A stretch of DNA of 64,000 nucleotides from Cyanophora paradoxa CCMP329 (taxonomy: Eukaryota > Plantae > Glaucophyta), in contig QPMI01000561.1 in the NCBI GenBank assembly GCA_004431415.1, forward strand, positions 1-64,000, read 5' to 3'. The notes beneath the pieces are model-generated. The model had not been told where the DNA came from, ran no database searches, and worked only from the letters and a program-made list of their open reading frames with translations. This document shows positions 1-9,218 of the stretch, in pieces; positions within the stretch are counted from its first letter, which is position 1, and every line of letters begins with the position of its first letter. The translations under genes were made by a program, and so were the position numbers.

Positions 1-1615
1 ATGGTTGCTCCTGGTGGTGTGGGGTTTCAAAAGAGCCTGGTAATGTCCTAATATGAAGTGGTCCTCTCATACTGAATTTGCAAGTGTCCCATTCACATGA
101 CATAGTGTTCATTCAAAAAGATTCTTTCAGGGACATTACAAGTCTGGTAAGAGAAACCCCAAGTTATCAAGAGGCTCCACCTTTGCGAATTCTGGTTGGT
201 CATTGATCTCATCCCAAATGTTTCATGTTTGCTTGGTGGAACTCAGTTGGTATTCCATCAATTCACCCCAATCATGCCTGTGATCCTCTGGTGGATACTT
301 TTGAGGTTTGCCTAAGATCTCATCCCAATCATGATTGTGATCCTCTGGGGGATACTTTGCAGGTTTATTATTAATTTGTTCATAATCAGGAAAGAACTCC
401 CAGATCTCAGGTCGAAATCCATCTGGTAACAATTCCTCATGGGGTTCATAAGGTTGCTCATAATCAACAGCTGGTGGATCATGCCCATCTGGTAAATACT
501 CAGGTTCATAGTTCTGCTCATACTCAAACTCTTGTGGATCTAAGCCATCTGGTAATATCTCCTCCTCATTGGGGTCAATGACATATCATATCTTGTGGGT
601 CAAAACCATCTGGTAAATATCTCCTCATCTGGAACGAATTGATATTCATCAAGCTCTAATATATCGATTCAGGAGGTAAATACTGCTCATCTATTTGCTT
701 TCTGGTTCAATTATAGGTTTATTGCGAACTTGCTCCCAACTAACATGTGCTGCCCAAAGGCTACATCTTCAGTTGCTGTGTATTCTCTTCCAGGCTGCTT
801 CTTTGGTGTTAAATCGGGTGGTCCATTGGAAATGGAATAGGGAATGGGACAGTAGGTCCATTGGGACCATAATGCTCAATGATTTCTCTTAGGTTTTCTC
901 ACTACAAGCTTCTCCCATTTGCATACACATTGCTGCCATGGATATTTCGCCATTGCCTGGTTCGAATTCCAAGGTCTTTCACATTGCTATACAAAGGCAA
1001 AAGGGCCTATCCATTTCGACTAAATCAGGGTGTAATGGATTGCTACGGTTGACTGGGGCTACTGTTGATTGTAATTGATGGCTTTTTTTGATGGACATCT
1101 TTGGAGAAAAAACCCAAAAGGCTCATTCCTCGCAAAGTCATATGTAATATCCTTGGGGTATACATCATTTGTGTAGGAGACCTGATTGTGTTGGCAATGG
1201 GACCCACTGCAATACTTGGGACCTCAGCTTTTGCAGTGCTGCCCTCATTGTAATTCGCAAAGCTGTGTTCTGTTTGCCCTGCCATCTTGAACATTGAAAA
1301 CCAAACGACCACTATCAAACCTGGAAGGTATATCTGGATGGTGCCACTGGTTTTAGTTCCTAGGTCTCCTTCTGGTTGCTTAATCTCTGCCACTTGGTTT
1401 GCTTCACATTACCCAAGCTAAAAGCAACACTGACATCCTCTTTATCGGATCGTTTGATTCACAGATAAAGCATGCTCCCTTGATGAGTCTTGATGAATTA
1501 TCAGAGCTGTGTCAATTGAAACTGAACCCTTTACTTTAATATTATCAAAGTTCACATGCTGGTGCTGCTGCATTATCATCTGAATGGTTCTAGATTGGTG
1601 GTAATTGAAGCTCAT
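1..1615 (-). pseudogene. Fibre/spike-like virion protein, frameshifted (or sequencing errors); runs off window
   Basis: ATG at 1615 (MSFNYHQ...FDNIKVKGSVSID). Fragments contain DLGIRTRQWRNIH, four LPDG(F/L/H)xP repeats and KYPPEDHxHDWxE repeats typical of tail fibres. Confidence 0.55.
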
Positions 1616-1626
1616 GGCTTTACTAT

Positions 1627-3150
1627 ATGGATTTATAAATCCTGATAAGTAAAAGAGCCTCTCAAAATAGTCCTAAGTCTGTCAGGGGAGTGCAAGGGGC
1701 ATTATCATAACCAGGCTGCTAAAAGAAATCGAAAATCGAACTGCAGGAGAATAATCGATCTTGTGGATCTTGTGAGTGGAACTTCCACTGTGGATCATTG
1801 CTATTGGGTTAAACATCAGGCATCCTGATAAACCAGGTGAACCTAAACTGACAGCAAACGATTTACACAATATTACCTAACTCAACTGCCCTTGATTTTC
1901 GCAAATCCTCGAAATAATCGAAATGCCTTTTTAATACAAAGTATGATGGGGACCCTGGAGACTGCAATCATTCAGTTACTGGTGAATCACTAATACAGGA
2001 TTCCCTAAAGGACATTTGATTACATCCTTTGATACTCAGAATATGAAACCAATATTATCACAAATGACAACAATTACAACTTTATGCCCTGTAAGATTGC
2101 TGCTAGGGCTACTTCTGCTGCTCCTACATACTTTTCACCTGTAAGCATGTTGATTTCAATCGGGAGTATATGTCTGTCTCATTGATGGTGCCATTTCTGA
2201 AACAATAATCCCAGTGTGTGTGGTTACAGCCATGCAAAGAAATTTACAGTGATGATGATATATTAATAGTAATAAGTATATCTTGTGGAGAGGTGGACCC
2301 ACATTAGAGTCTGATTATGTGGTTATGCTTATGAGACTGTCAACAGCTGGGCATTCTCTCATGGATGCCTCAACAGATGGAAGCCCATTGATTAACATGC
2401 TCATGCTGCAAGTGAGCTATCTGCCTTGATAAGATGAGAGTTGTTACCCTACAACTATGATCAGGATATGGAGATATTACAGGCTATCATACCTCTTCCG
2501 AATCACATAGTAAGCTCCCTGGATGACACCACAAAGATTCCAGATATGCTTGCATTTACTGAAACCTACATAGCAGCAAACAATGATATGATCAATAAGC
2601 TTTGCAGCCTTCTAGTAGCAAACTATGAACTAAAGAACCCTACAAAGGCTTACATCTCATCCACTCTCACTACATCACCTCCTTTGGATGCCAATTGGTA
2701 TCAGCTTGCAGATGATGCCTTTACTGCCTCATCCTCTGTGACAGGTAAAGAGCCTTTCATGCTAGACCTTCAGCATTGCTGGGAAGCTGGAGCCTATGCT
2801 CTGAGCAGATATGGGAAACCCCCACTGAATACCTTCAAGTTGCTTTCCATATACTTTTGAACTCTCTTCTGTGATTGCCTATGGATCAGGGACACCAATG
2901 CTTTTATTAAGACTTTCAATGTGCAACATCCACTGATGGATCAACTGTCTTTTATTCGATCAGATGGGCAAAACAAAATATATGTCTGTGAGAACATAAC
3001 AATGCTCACAACTCAGGTGATGTGGCTCTATTGAGTGGATTCCTCTCAGCATCAGGATGCTTTTACATAGGTTTTTCTCTCAGAATTAAATATATTCGCA
3101 TTTATCCCCTTGTGTATGTGAATGCTCCACAATGAGAGTTGACTTTACAG
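1627..3150 (+). pseudogene. Patatin-like phospholipase, frameshifted
   Basis: Motifs in order across frames: VLSLSG..SARG (~1670-1700), GTST(G) nucleophile elbow (~1778), ARATSAAPTYFSP (~2102-2140), LIDGA..NNP (~2178). ORF 2441-2860 fits the C-terminal part. 3' end approximate. Confidence 0.75.
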
Positions 3151-3155
3151 GTGCC

Positions 3156-4085
3156 TTATTCGATAAACTCCAACTGAAAAGAATTATCGATTCCATTCAT
3201 ATCAATCAGTTCACCAAAGTAATCTTTAAACTCAACTGTGAGTTCCCTTATCACCAGGTTTCTGTCATTTATCTGAATGAATTCTGCATGTTCACCACTA
3301 TGGTAAACATAGCCACCTATATCCTTACTCAATTGCAATCTAAGGATTGCCCCCTGGTTATGTGGTTGCGATTTCGGAATTATATTGTGTCTGCTGGCAA
3401 AAGGGGCAAGCTCTTTAATATGCATGTACAGATACTGCTCAGCATTCATATCAGACATCTTCCTGCTGTCAAAATAATATTGCAAGGGCTTAGAGGAGAG
3501 TCTGGGTCCTGAGAAGGTGATTCCCCATGCTGGGTGATCAGGTGTAATAGGTTTGCCATCATACTTTAAAAGGTTCTCAGGTCGATAGGGAGATCCACCA
3601 ACAGGAGGAGTGCTATAATACCCAGTGGTGTATTCAGTAGAACTCACACCCAAAAGCTTCCCTATTCGCTTGTTGCTTGCAATAAAACGAAACTCATGAT
3701 TACTGTAAAACTCCACTTTATAGGTAGTTGGATTGTAGAATATCTTGAACTCAAAAGCTACTGTTTTGCCTGCAATGGTTTGAAGCTTGAATAGTTCAGC
3801 CCATAATTATAAGGTGTGTTACCCCAAAATGACCCTGATTGATGTAGCCACTGGGAAGGGGATACACTTGTTGTGTGATCACTTGGTTATATGAACCATC
3901 TTGGTAATTAAACTGAACTGTTAGATGATCAGTTCCCACACTGTTATAGATACTGTTTGGAATCTCTGCATAGAGAACCCTACATTCCCTTGGTCTCTCT
4001 ACTGGAGTTGTGAGGGTGACCCTGTAAGAGTTTTCATTTGTCCTTGGCTTCTATCCCTGCTATCAATATTAACAAGCCGGTTCAT
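3156..4085 (-). CDS. Minor capsid protein (penton) paralog 1, with frameshifts
   Basis: N-terminus MNRLVNIDSRDRS...RVLYAEIPNSIYN from ATG 4085 and C-terminus ELTVEFKDYFGELIDMNGIDNSFQLEF, both matching PLV/NCLDV minor capsid patterns. Confidence 0.75.
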
Positions 4086-4093
4086 TTTAATAT

Positions 4094-5125
4094 ATGAATA
4101 TAGATAAAAGAAGAATGCCTGTGGATTACATCGAGGTTAGCTCATTTAATACAATCTCTGGTGATGGTCCCACATCAAGCTTTGTGGCTAGACTCCCCAG
4201 TACTTATGAGAATGTGAGGGCTGTGAGACTGGTCTCAGCCGAATTTTATAACAGCATCCCTATGGTGAGTGGTGAAACCAAAGCAGGAGATGTAACAGTT
4301 GATAACACATTTAGTATTTATTATTCTGAACAAACTCCAGGAGCTGGAAGCTCAGGAATTCCAACAACTCGCCCAGCTGCTGATTTTGAACAATGGAAAC
4401 AATTCATGGTAAATCGCGAGACCCCCATCCAAAGCCACCAACAGCTGGTGAATGTAATCAACTCAAAATTCATTGGCAGAACTCCTCAACCATCCATTCG
4501 CTGCAAATGGGATGAGTCACTGAAACGAATTATATTCCACTCGGCAGTGCCTTTTTACCTGGCTTTCTCACTTGCTGTAAACCCAAGCCAACAAACAATC
4601 CAAAAGCTATTGAGTTCAGCTAGACTGCTTGGTCTTGATCCTGGAAGATATGGGAATTCCCCAATCAAATCCCAAGTTTATGATGCTCTCACTGATGGAA
4701 TCTTTACTGATGGTCGAGTGAATGGCATTATATCTTCTTTTGAGCCTGAGAAGACCAGGGACAGTGTTTTGTTTGTGAGAGTAAAGGAGCTGGGTGATCT
4801 GGTTCAATGTGGGGATGGTCTTCTGACTGGTTACTTTCACAAAATAGTGGTCCCTGATAAAGACTATGGTGAGCATGTTGTTTACAATTCAACAGAGGCT
4901 CATCCACTTTACAAATACTATAATAAAAAGGTTGGATTATCCACTTTCTCGGTTGATATTGTTAATGCTGTAAATGAACCAATTGATTTTGAGGGTCAAC
5001 CTGTTCATCTGACCTTTGAAATTCGCTATGGTGATGAGCCAGCAGGAGACCCAGTTTATGAATACTTTAAGATGAGAATGTCGCAGCTTCACCCTTCCTA
5101 TCCAGTTATTACAAGCTTCGCATAA
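4094..5125 (+). CDS. Minor capsid protein (penton) paralog 2
   Basis: PTSSFVARLPSTYENVRAVRLVSAEFYNS at the N-terminus and FSVDIVNAVNEPIDFEGQPVHLTFEI at the C-terminus; adjacent to MCP. Confidence 0.8.
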   Translation: MNIDKRRMPVDYIEVSSFNTISGDGPTSSFVARLPSTYENVRAVRLVSAEFYNSIPMVSGETKAGDVTVDNTFSIYYSEQTPGAGSSGIPTTRPAADFEQWKQFMVNRETPIQSHQQLVNVINSKFIGRTPQPSIRCKWDESLKRIIFHSAVPFYLAFSLAVNPSQQTIQKLLSSARLLGLDPGRYGNSPIKSQVYDALTDGIFTDGRVNGIISSFEPEKTRDSVLFVRVKELGDLVQCGDGLLTGYFHKIVVPDKDYGEHVVYNSTEAHPLYKYYNKKVGLSTFSVDIVNAVNEPIDFEGQPVHLTFEIRYGDEPAGDPVYEYFKMRMSQLHPSYPVITSFA

Positions 5126-5178
5126 ATTAAGGATCATTGGTAGATTTTTTATGTTGCAGTATAATAAAAGAGAATATA

Positions 5179-6549
5179 ATGGATATCACTTCCACTCTTC
5201 AAAGACTTTCGCTGAAAGAAGCCCTAACAACCCCAGAGGAGGCGAAAGCCTTTTTCCTGGATAACTCTCTTATGCTTGGTCTCGAATCCAAGTCTAAGCC
5301 AGTTCTAGTTGTTGTGAATCCCAGCAATACTTTTGAGAATAATGTGGGAAATCGCATTTCCTTCAAGCTACCTCGCTACAATTTCTGTGGAAAACTCGAA
5401 CTTGCTTTCGACCTTCCAGCCATCACTTTTGCTGGTGATACTGACCTAGTTCGCAATGGATACACTCGCCCAGTTGGTGCTTTAGTTCAGCGACTTGAAA
5501 TTACCTATGGATCTTACACCTACCATATTCCATCTGATTTCCTTGCTCATTTCCCCCTGGTCTATTATTCGGAGGATCAACTAGCTAAAAAGAAGCGATC
5601 AATGGGCATGGTTCATGGCATTCCTGCTCATGGAACCAACCGCCTTGGTGGCTCATTTTTCGTTGAAATTCCTGTGCCTTGGCTAAATCACTACCTTCCC
5701 CTTGGTGCTTTATCTGGTGAAATGGTTGTTACTGTTTGGTTTAAGGATGCTGGAAAGGGTTATGTTGAAACTTCCTATGGTGGTCGTGGTCTTACTGTTG
5801 CAGCAGCTGATGTAGATTATTCAAAAGATGATGGTCTTGGAACTGCCCCTGCTGAAACTGTTCTGGCAAATGTTGGTCAAAACATCACAGACTTTACTCT
5901 TGGTGCAACAACCCCTGTCATTTCTATTACTTCTCCTCGCCTTTACATGCATGCTATTAATGTTTCTGATGAGCTTTTCGCTACTGTAATTGAAAAAGTA
6001 AAGACTACTGGCATGGCTATTCCCTCCCTTGATATTGGATTTGTAGATGCTAGTGCTTTCCCTGCCAAGGGCAATGCCCAACCCAATCGAATTAACCTCT
6101 CTCAAATCTCAGGTCTTGTTTATGCTCTGCTTGTTTCAGTTCGTGATAATGCAACTGTTGATAAATCCACTGGCTCCCACAGTGTTCTTAAGACCTATGC
6201 CAACTCCAAAGATATTACTTTCACTGTTGAAATTAATGGACAGCGACTTTATGCCACTGAGCCAATTTCCCTACTCAAAGGTGCTGAGCTAATTGCTGAT
6301 GCCTTCAAATGCTCTAACATGGATAAGGTTGCTGATCGCTATGTCCTTTCAGGTTTAAGTTTCTGCATTGATGGAGAGAAGGCAATTCGAAATATTGCCC
6401 AGTCTGGTTATGTTGATTTAACAAATTCCTCCTCTTCATTCCTCACCCTGTACATGCCTTCAGATAAGGTAATCGATGTTAATGTTCGCGCTCTCATGCA
6501 TTCCTATATAATTTTGGACAAAGATGGGCTTCGTCGTATAAATTTGTAG
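5179..6549 (+). CDS. Double jelly-roll major capsid protein, NCLDV-like type
   Basis: About 456 aa from ATG 5179. ISFKLPRY..KLELAFDLP, VQRLEITYG and FFVEIPVPW..YLPLGAL motifs. Lies between mCP and packaging ATPase. Confidence 0.8.
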   Translation: MDITSTLQRLSLKEALTTPEEAKAFFLDNSLMLGLESKSKPVLVVVNPSNTFENNVGNRISFKLPRYNFCGKLELAFDLPAITFAGDTDLVRNGYTRPVGALVQRLEITYGSYTYHIPSDFLAHFPLVYYSEDQLAKKKRSMGMVHGIPAHGTNRLGGSFFVEIPVPWLNHYLPLGALSGEMVVTVWFKDAGKGYVETSYGGRGLTVAAADVDYSKDDGLGTAPAETVLANVGQNITDFTLGATTPVISITSPRLYMHAINVSDELFATVIEKVKTTGMAIPSLDIGFVDASAFPAKGNAQPNRINLSQISGLVYALLVSVRDNATVDKSTGSHSVLKTYANSKDITFTVEINGQRLYATEPISLLKGAELIADAFKCSNMDKVADRYVLSGLSFCIDGEKAIRNIAQSGYVDLTNSSSSFLTLYMPSDKVIDVNVRALMHSYIILDKDGLRRINL

Positions 6550-6614
6550 ATTGTGACGATATTCAGTCTCCCTGCATTATTTTTATATGTCTTTATTAAG
6601 AAAGATATACAACA

Positions 6615-7397
6615 ATGACTGATTTGGATGAATTTGTGGCTGGTGAAATGATAGAGCCACCATTTCGTGTACTGGCAATAGGAAAATCAGCAACTGGTAA
6701 ATCAGAAGCTGTAAAGTATTGGTTGAAGCAGTTGCATGATGCCAAAAAGATTGATGTTGTATTAGTTGTGAGTGGAACCAGCTTCAATCATTTCTGGGAT
6801 AAAGTTGCAACATTGCAACTGGGAAAATGGGATGCCCCTTACATTGCTAAATTGCTAGATGAAAGGCAAGAGAAAATAGAAAAAGGTCAACCTGTTAACC
6901 AGTTATGTGTAGTTTTAGATGATCTTATAGATAATGAGATTGTAGACCTAACTCGTGATAAAATTATTGGCTCTCTGTATTCCAGAGGTCGCCATTCGAA
7001 AATATCCATTATCTGCATCACACAAAAGCTAAGGAAAGTCTCTTCGACTATTCGAGTTAATTCGGACTATGCTATGTTTTTAAGTGCTGCAAATCGCAAA
7101 GAACTGGAAGCCATAGAGGAAGAATACAATATAATGCGAAATAAAGAGGATTTTTACAAGATGTTTGAAGAGTATGTTCACTCCTATCAGTATATTATTT
7201 GGTCCTCTGCAAACTACTCAGTTAAATACTATGTAGATAAAGGTGAGCTTGTGACAGATTTCCCATTTCCTCGCTTCCACAGAAAGCCAAAAAAGAAAGA
7301 AGATGAACTGAAACCTCCAGAGAAAGAGGAAGCCCCTAAAGAAGTGAAAAGCCAAGTCCATAGCAATAAATTGATGCGATATAAACGCGGTTTATAA
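6615..7397 (+). CDS. A32/FtsK-HerA-like DNA packaging ATPase
   Basis: Walker A GKSATGKS, Walker B VVLDD, RGRH arginine finger, ICITQ motif. Confidence 0.92.
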   Translation: MTDLDEFVAGEMIEPPFRVLAIGKSATGKSEAVKYWLKQLHDAKKIDVVLVVSGTSFNHFWDKVATLQLGKWDAPYIAKLLDERQEKIEKGQPVNQLCVVLDDLIDNEIVDLTRDKIIGSLYSRGRHSKISIICITQKLRKVSSTIRVNSDYAMFLSAANRKELEAIEEEYNIMRNKEDFYKMFEEYVHSYQYIIWSSANYSVKYYVDKGELVTDFPFPRFHRKPKKKEDELKPPEKEEAPKEVKSQVHSNKLMRYKRGL

Positions 7398-7425
7398 AAT
7401 TATCTCTCATTCTAATAAAGATACA

Positions 7426-8159
7426 ATGCCTCCCAAACGAAAGATAGGGATCCCAGCTGGGGCTGTTGGCTATTCAGGTGGTGGAAACAATGGATCCATT
7501 AATACTGAACCAATGAAATTCAATGGTATGAATGAGGTGAAGCCCTCACAGCAAGAAGAGGACCCTCTTAATGCTGCCTATGAGGAATCAGTCGATGATA
7601 AAGCCCCACAGGCTTCAACCAGTGATCAACTCAACATCTCACCAGAAGCTTCGAAAATGAGGGCTGTTGCTGAGGGTGCCAGGCGAATTATTGGTGCTGC
7701 TGATGATAAAGGTTTAGGCTTGCAAGATCTATCACTGGCTCGCAAAGGTGAAGGTCTTAGTAAGGAATCAGACAAGGTAATCCAGTCCATGGCTGGTGAA
7801 GTCACATATAAGACTGCTCCCACTCAAAATATTCATCGAATTCCCAAGGCTCAATGGGATGAGATGACTGCTAAACTCAAAGATCTGGAAGCCAAATCCA
7901 GTGCTTTGGAGCAGTATGTTACTGAGAAGAAAGAGAGAGCCAAGCTAAGGAGATGCTTCGAAAGGAAGTTTATAAAATGGGCATTACTGGTGTCCCAGAT
8001 AAACAGTTTATTGCTAAGAAAGAGAACCAAATCGATGAGCAAGCAGTAGATGAAATGAAAACAAAGACCCAAAAGGGAACCATTGAACCTGGTGCCACTA
8101 AAGCTGAAGTAGAAAAGGGAGTAGCTCCCACAGTATATAAAAGACGAGTTTGGCTTTAA
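7426..8159 (+). CDS. Hypothetical viral protein; probably one gene with a single-base frameshift near 7945
   Basis: ORFs 7426-8049 and 7953-8159 overlap; adding one base gives continuous ...AKAKEMLRKEVYK. Confidence 0.55.
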
Positions 8160-8181
8160 TTTTCTCTGTTTTATTAGAGAC

Positions 8182-8454
8182 ATGGATATAATACGAAAGT
8201 TTATTGAGATGCTCAGTCTGCATGTGGTAAGCAATTGCCACAGTGGATGCTGTGACACAACAATAGAGTTTGAGATGTCAGATACTGAGGACAATGTATC
8301 TGAGGCAAGAGAGAGAAGGAGATCAACAGTTTCTGTGGAGTCAATGCCAGCAGACCCCACAGAGTATACATATGAGCAACAGGAGTATCCAAGGAGAAGT
8401 TCTCTGCCAGCAGAAAACGTTTTCTCTGGGAATATAAATGGAGGACACTATTAG
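8182..8454 (+). CDS. Small hypothetical viral protein (C-H-S-G-C-C motif)
   Basis: 90-aa ORF with ATG, tightly packed in the viral gene array. Confidence 0.55.
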   Translation: MDIIRKFIEMLSLHVVSNCHSGCCDTTIEFEMSDTEDNVSEARERRRSTVSVESMPADPTEYTYEQQEYPRRSSLPAENVFSGNINGGHY

Positions 8455-8683
8455 TTTAATCGAGTTTACCAGTGATGAACCTGTTACTGAGGGGTCTATA
8501 AGACACATTCTGGCAATGCAGAAACGATATAGAGAGGACCCAGAATATAGAGAGTATAAAAAGCAGCAAGCCCTGGCATCCTATTATCGCAGAAAAGCCC
8601 AAAAAGAGGAGCAGAGACCCAGAGGGAGACCGATTAAATATTATTTGCCTACTGATAGTAGCAATGGACCCCCAGGTCTATAA
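8438..8683 (+). CDS. Small basic putative DNA-binding protein (AT-hook-like RPRGRP)
   Basis: 81 aa, YREYKKQQALASYYRRK helix plus RPRGRP. Confidence 0.55.
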   Translation: MEDTISLIEFTSDEPVTEGSIRHILAMQKRYREDPEYREYKKQQALASYYRRKAQKEEQRPRGRPIKYYLPTDSSNGPPGL

Positions 8684-8776
8684 GATAATTGAGCAAAAGC
8701 GGTCTCAGTATGCCACTGAGGCAGCTATAAAAATATATACAAAGGAATTGGCTTTATACTTGCAATCAATTGCAAG

Positions 8777-8998
8777 TCACAGATAACTTTTGTAAATATG
8801 CTTTTGTTGTTTTTTGTTTGCATTCTCAGACACTGAAACAGTTATGTGAATGTTTACTGATCTATTTCTCTTTGGTTTTGCTGCATACATATTGTAACCT
8901 ATCAATCTCTGTGACATTTCGATATATGCCCCTATATCTCCATGCTTTATGCATTTATCTAACTCATTCATGGTCATCTCATCAAGAGTTTTTGCCAT
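8777..8998 (-). CDS. Small hypothetical viral protein
   Basis: ATG at 8998 (MAKTLDEM), preceded by the ACTTAAAG motif shared with the other minus-strand genes. Confidence 0.45.
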   Translation of the reverse strand: MAKTLDEMTMNELDKCIKHGDIGAYIEMSQRLIGYNMYAAKPKRNRSVNIHITVSVSENANKKQQKHIYKSYL

Positions 8999-9065
8999 TT
9001 TGTCTTCACTATACACAATCAAGTAAGCTTTAAGTATTCTTGTCAAATTTTGGTCTTTTTCGATA

Positions 9066-9163
9066 GGTGTCACAGGTGTTCACAGGTTTTTATCGTCCCC
9101 TGGTCATTTTTCGTTTTATAGCCCCCTAGATGGGATGGACCTGTGACACCTGTGAACAACACC
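9066..9163. promoter_or_regulatory. Inverted iteron array, candidate replication origin
   Basis: GGTGTCACAGGTGTTCACAGGT ... ACCTGTGACACCTGTGAAC immediately downstream of the D5 gene; related copies at 22029-22130 and 22225-22315. Confidence 0.6.
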
Positions 9164-9218
9164 ATTTCCAGTAAGGCTATAAAAATTACATATACATTTC
9201 AATCATAAATCGTTTTGT

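Noticed and set aside
3132-3512. Plus-strand ORF overlapping minor capsid gene 1
   Set aside because: Antisense shadow of the motif-supported penton gene.
7930-7960. Programmed ribosomal frameshift in the 7426-8159 gene
   Set aside because: No slippery heptamer; a single-base sequencing loss is the simpler explanation.
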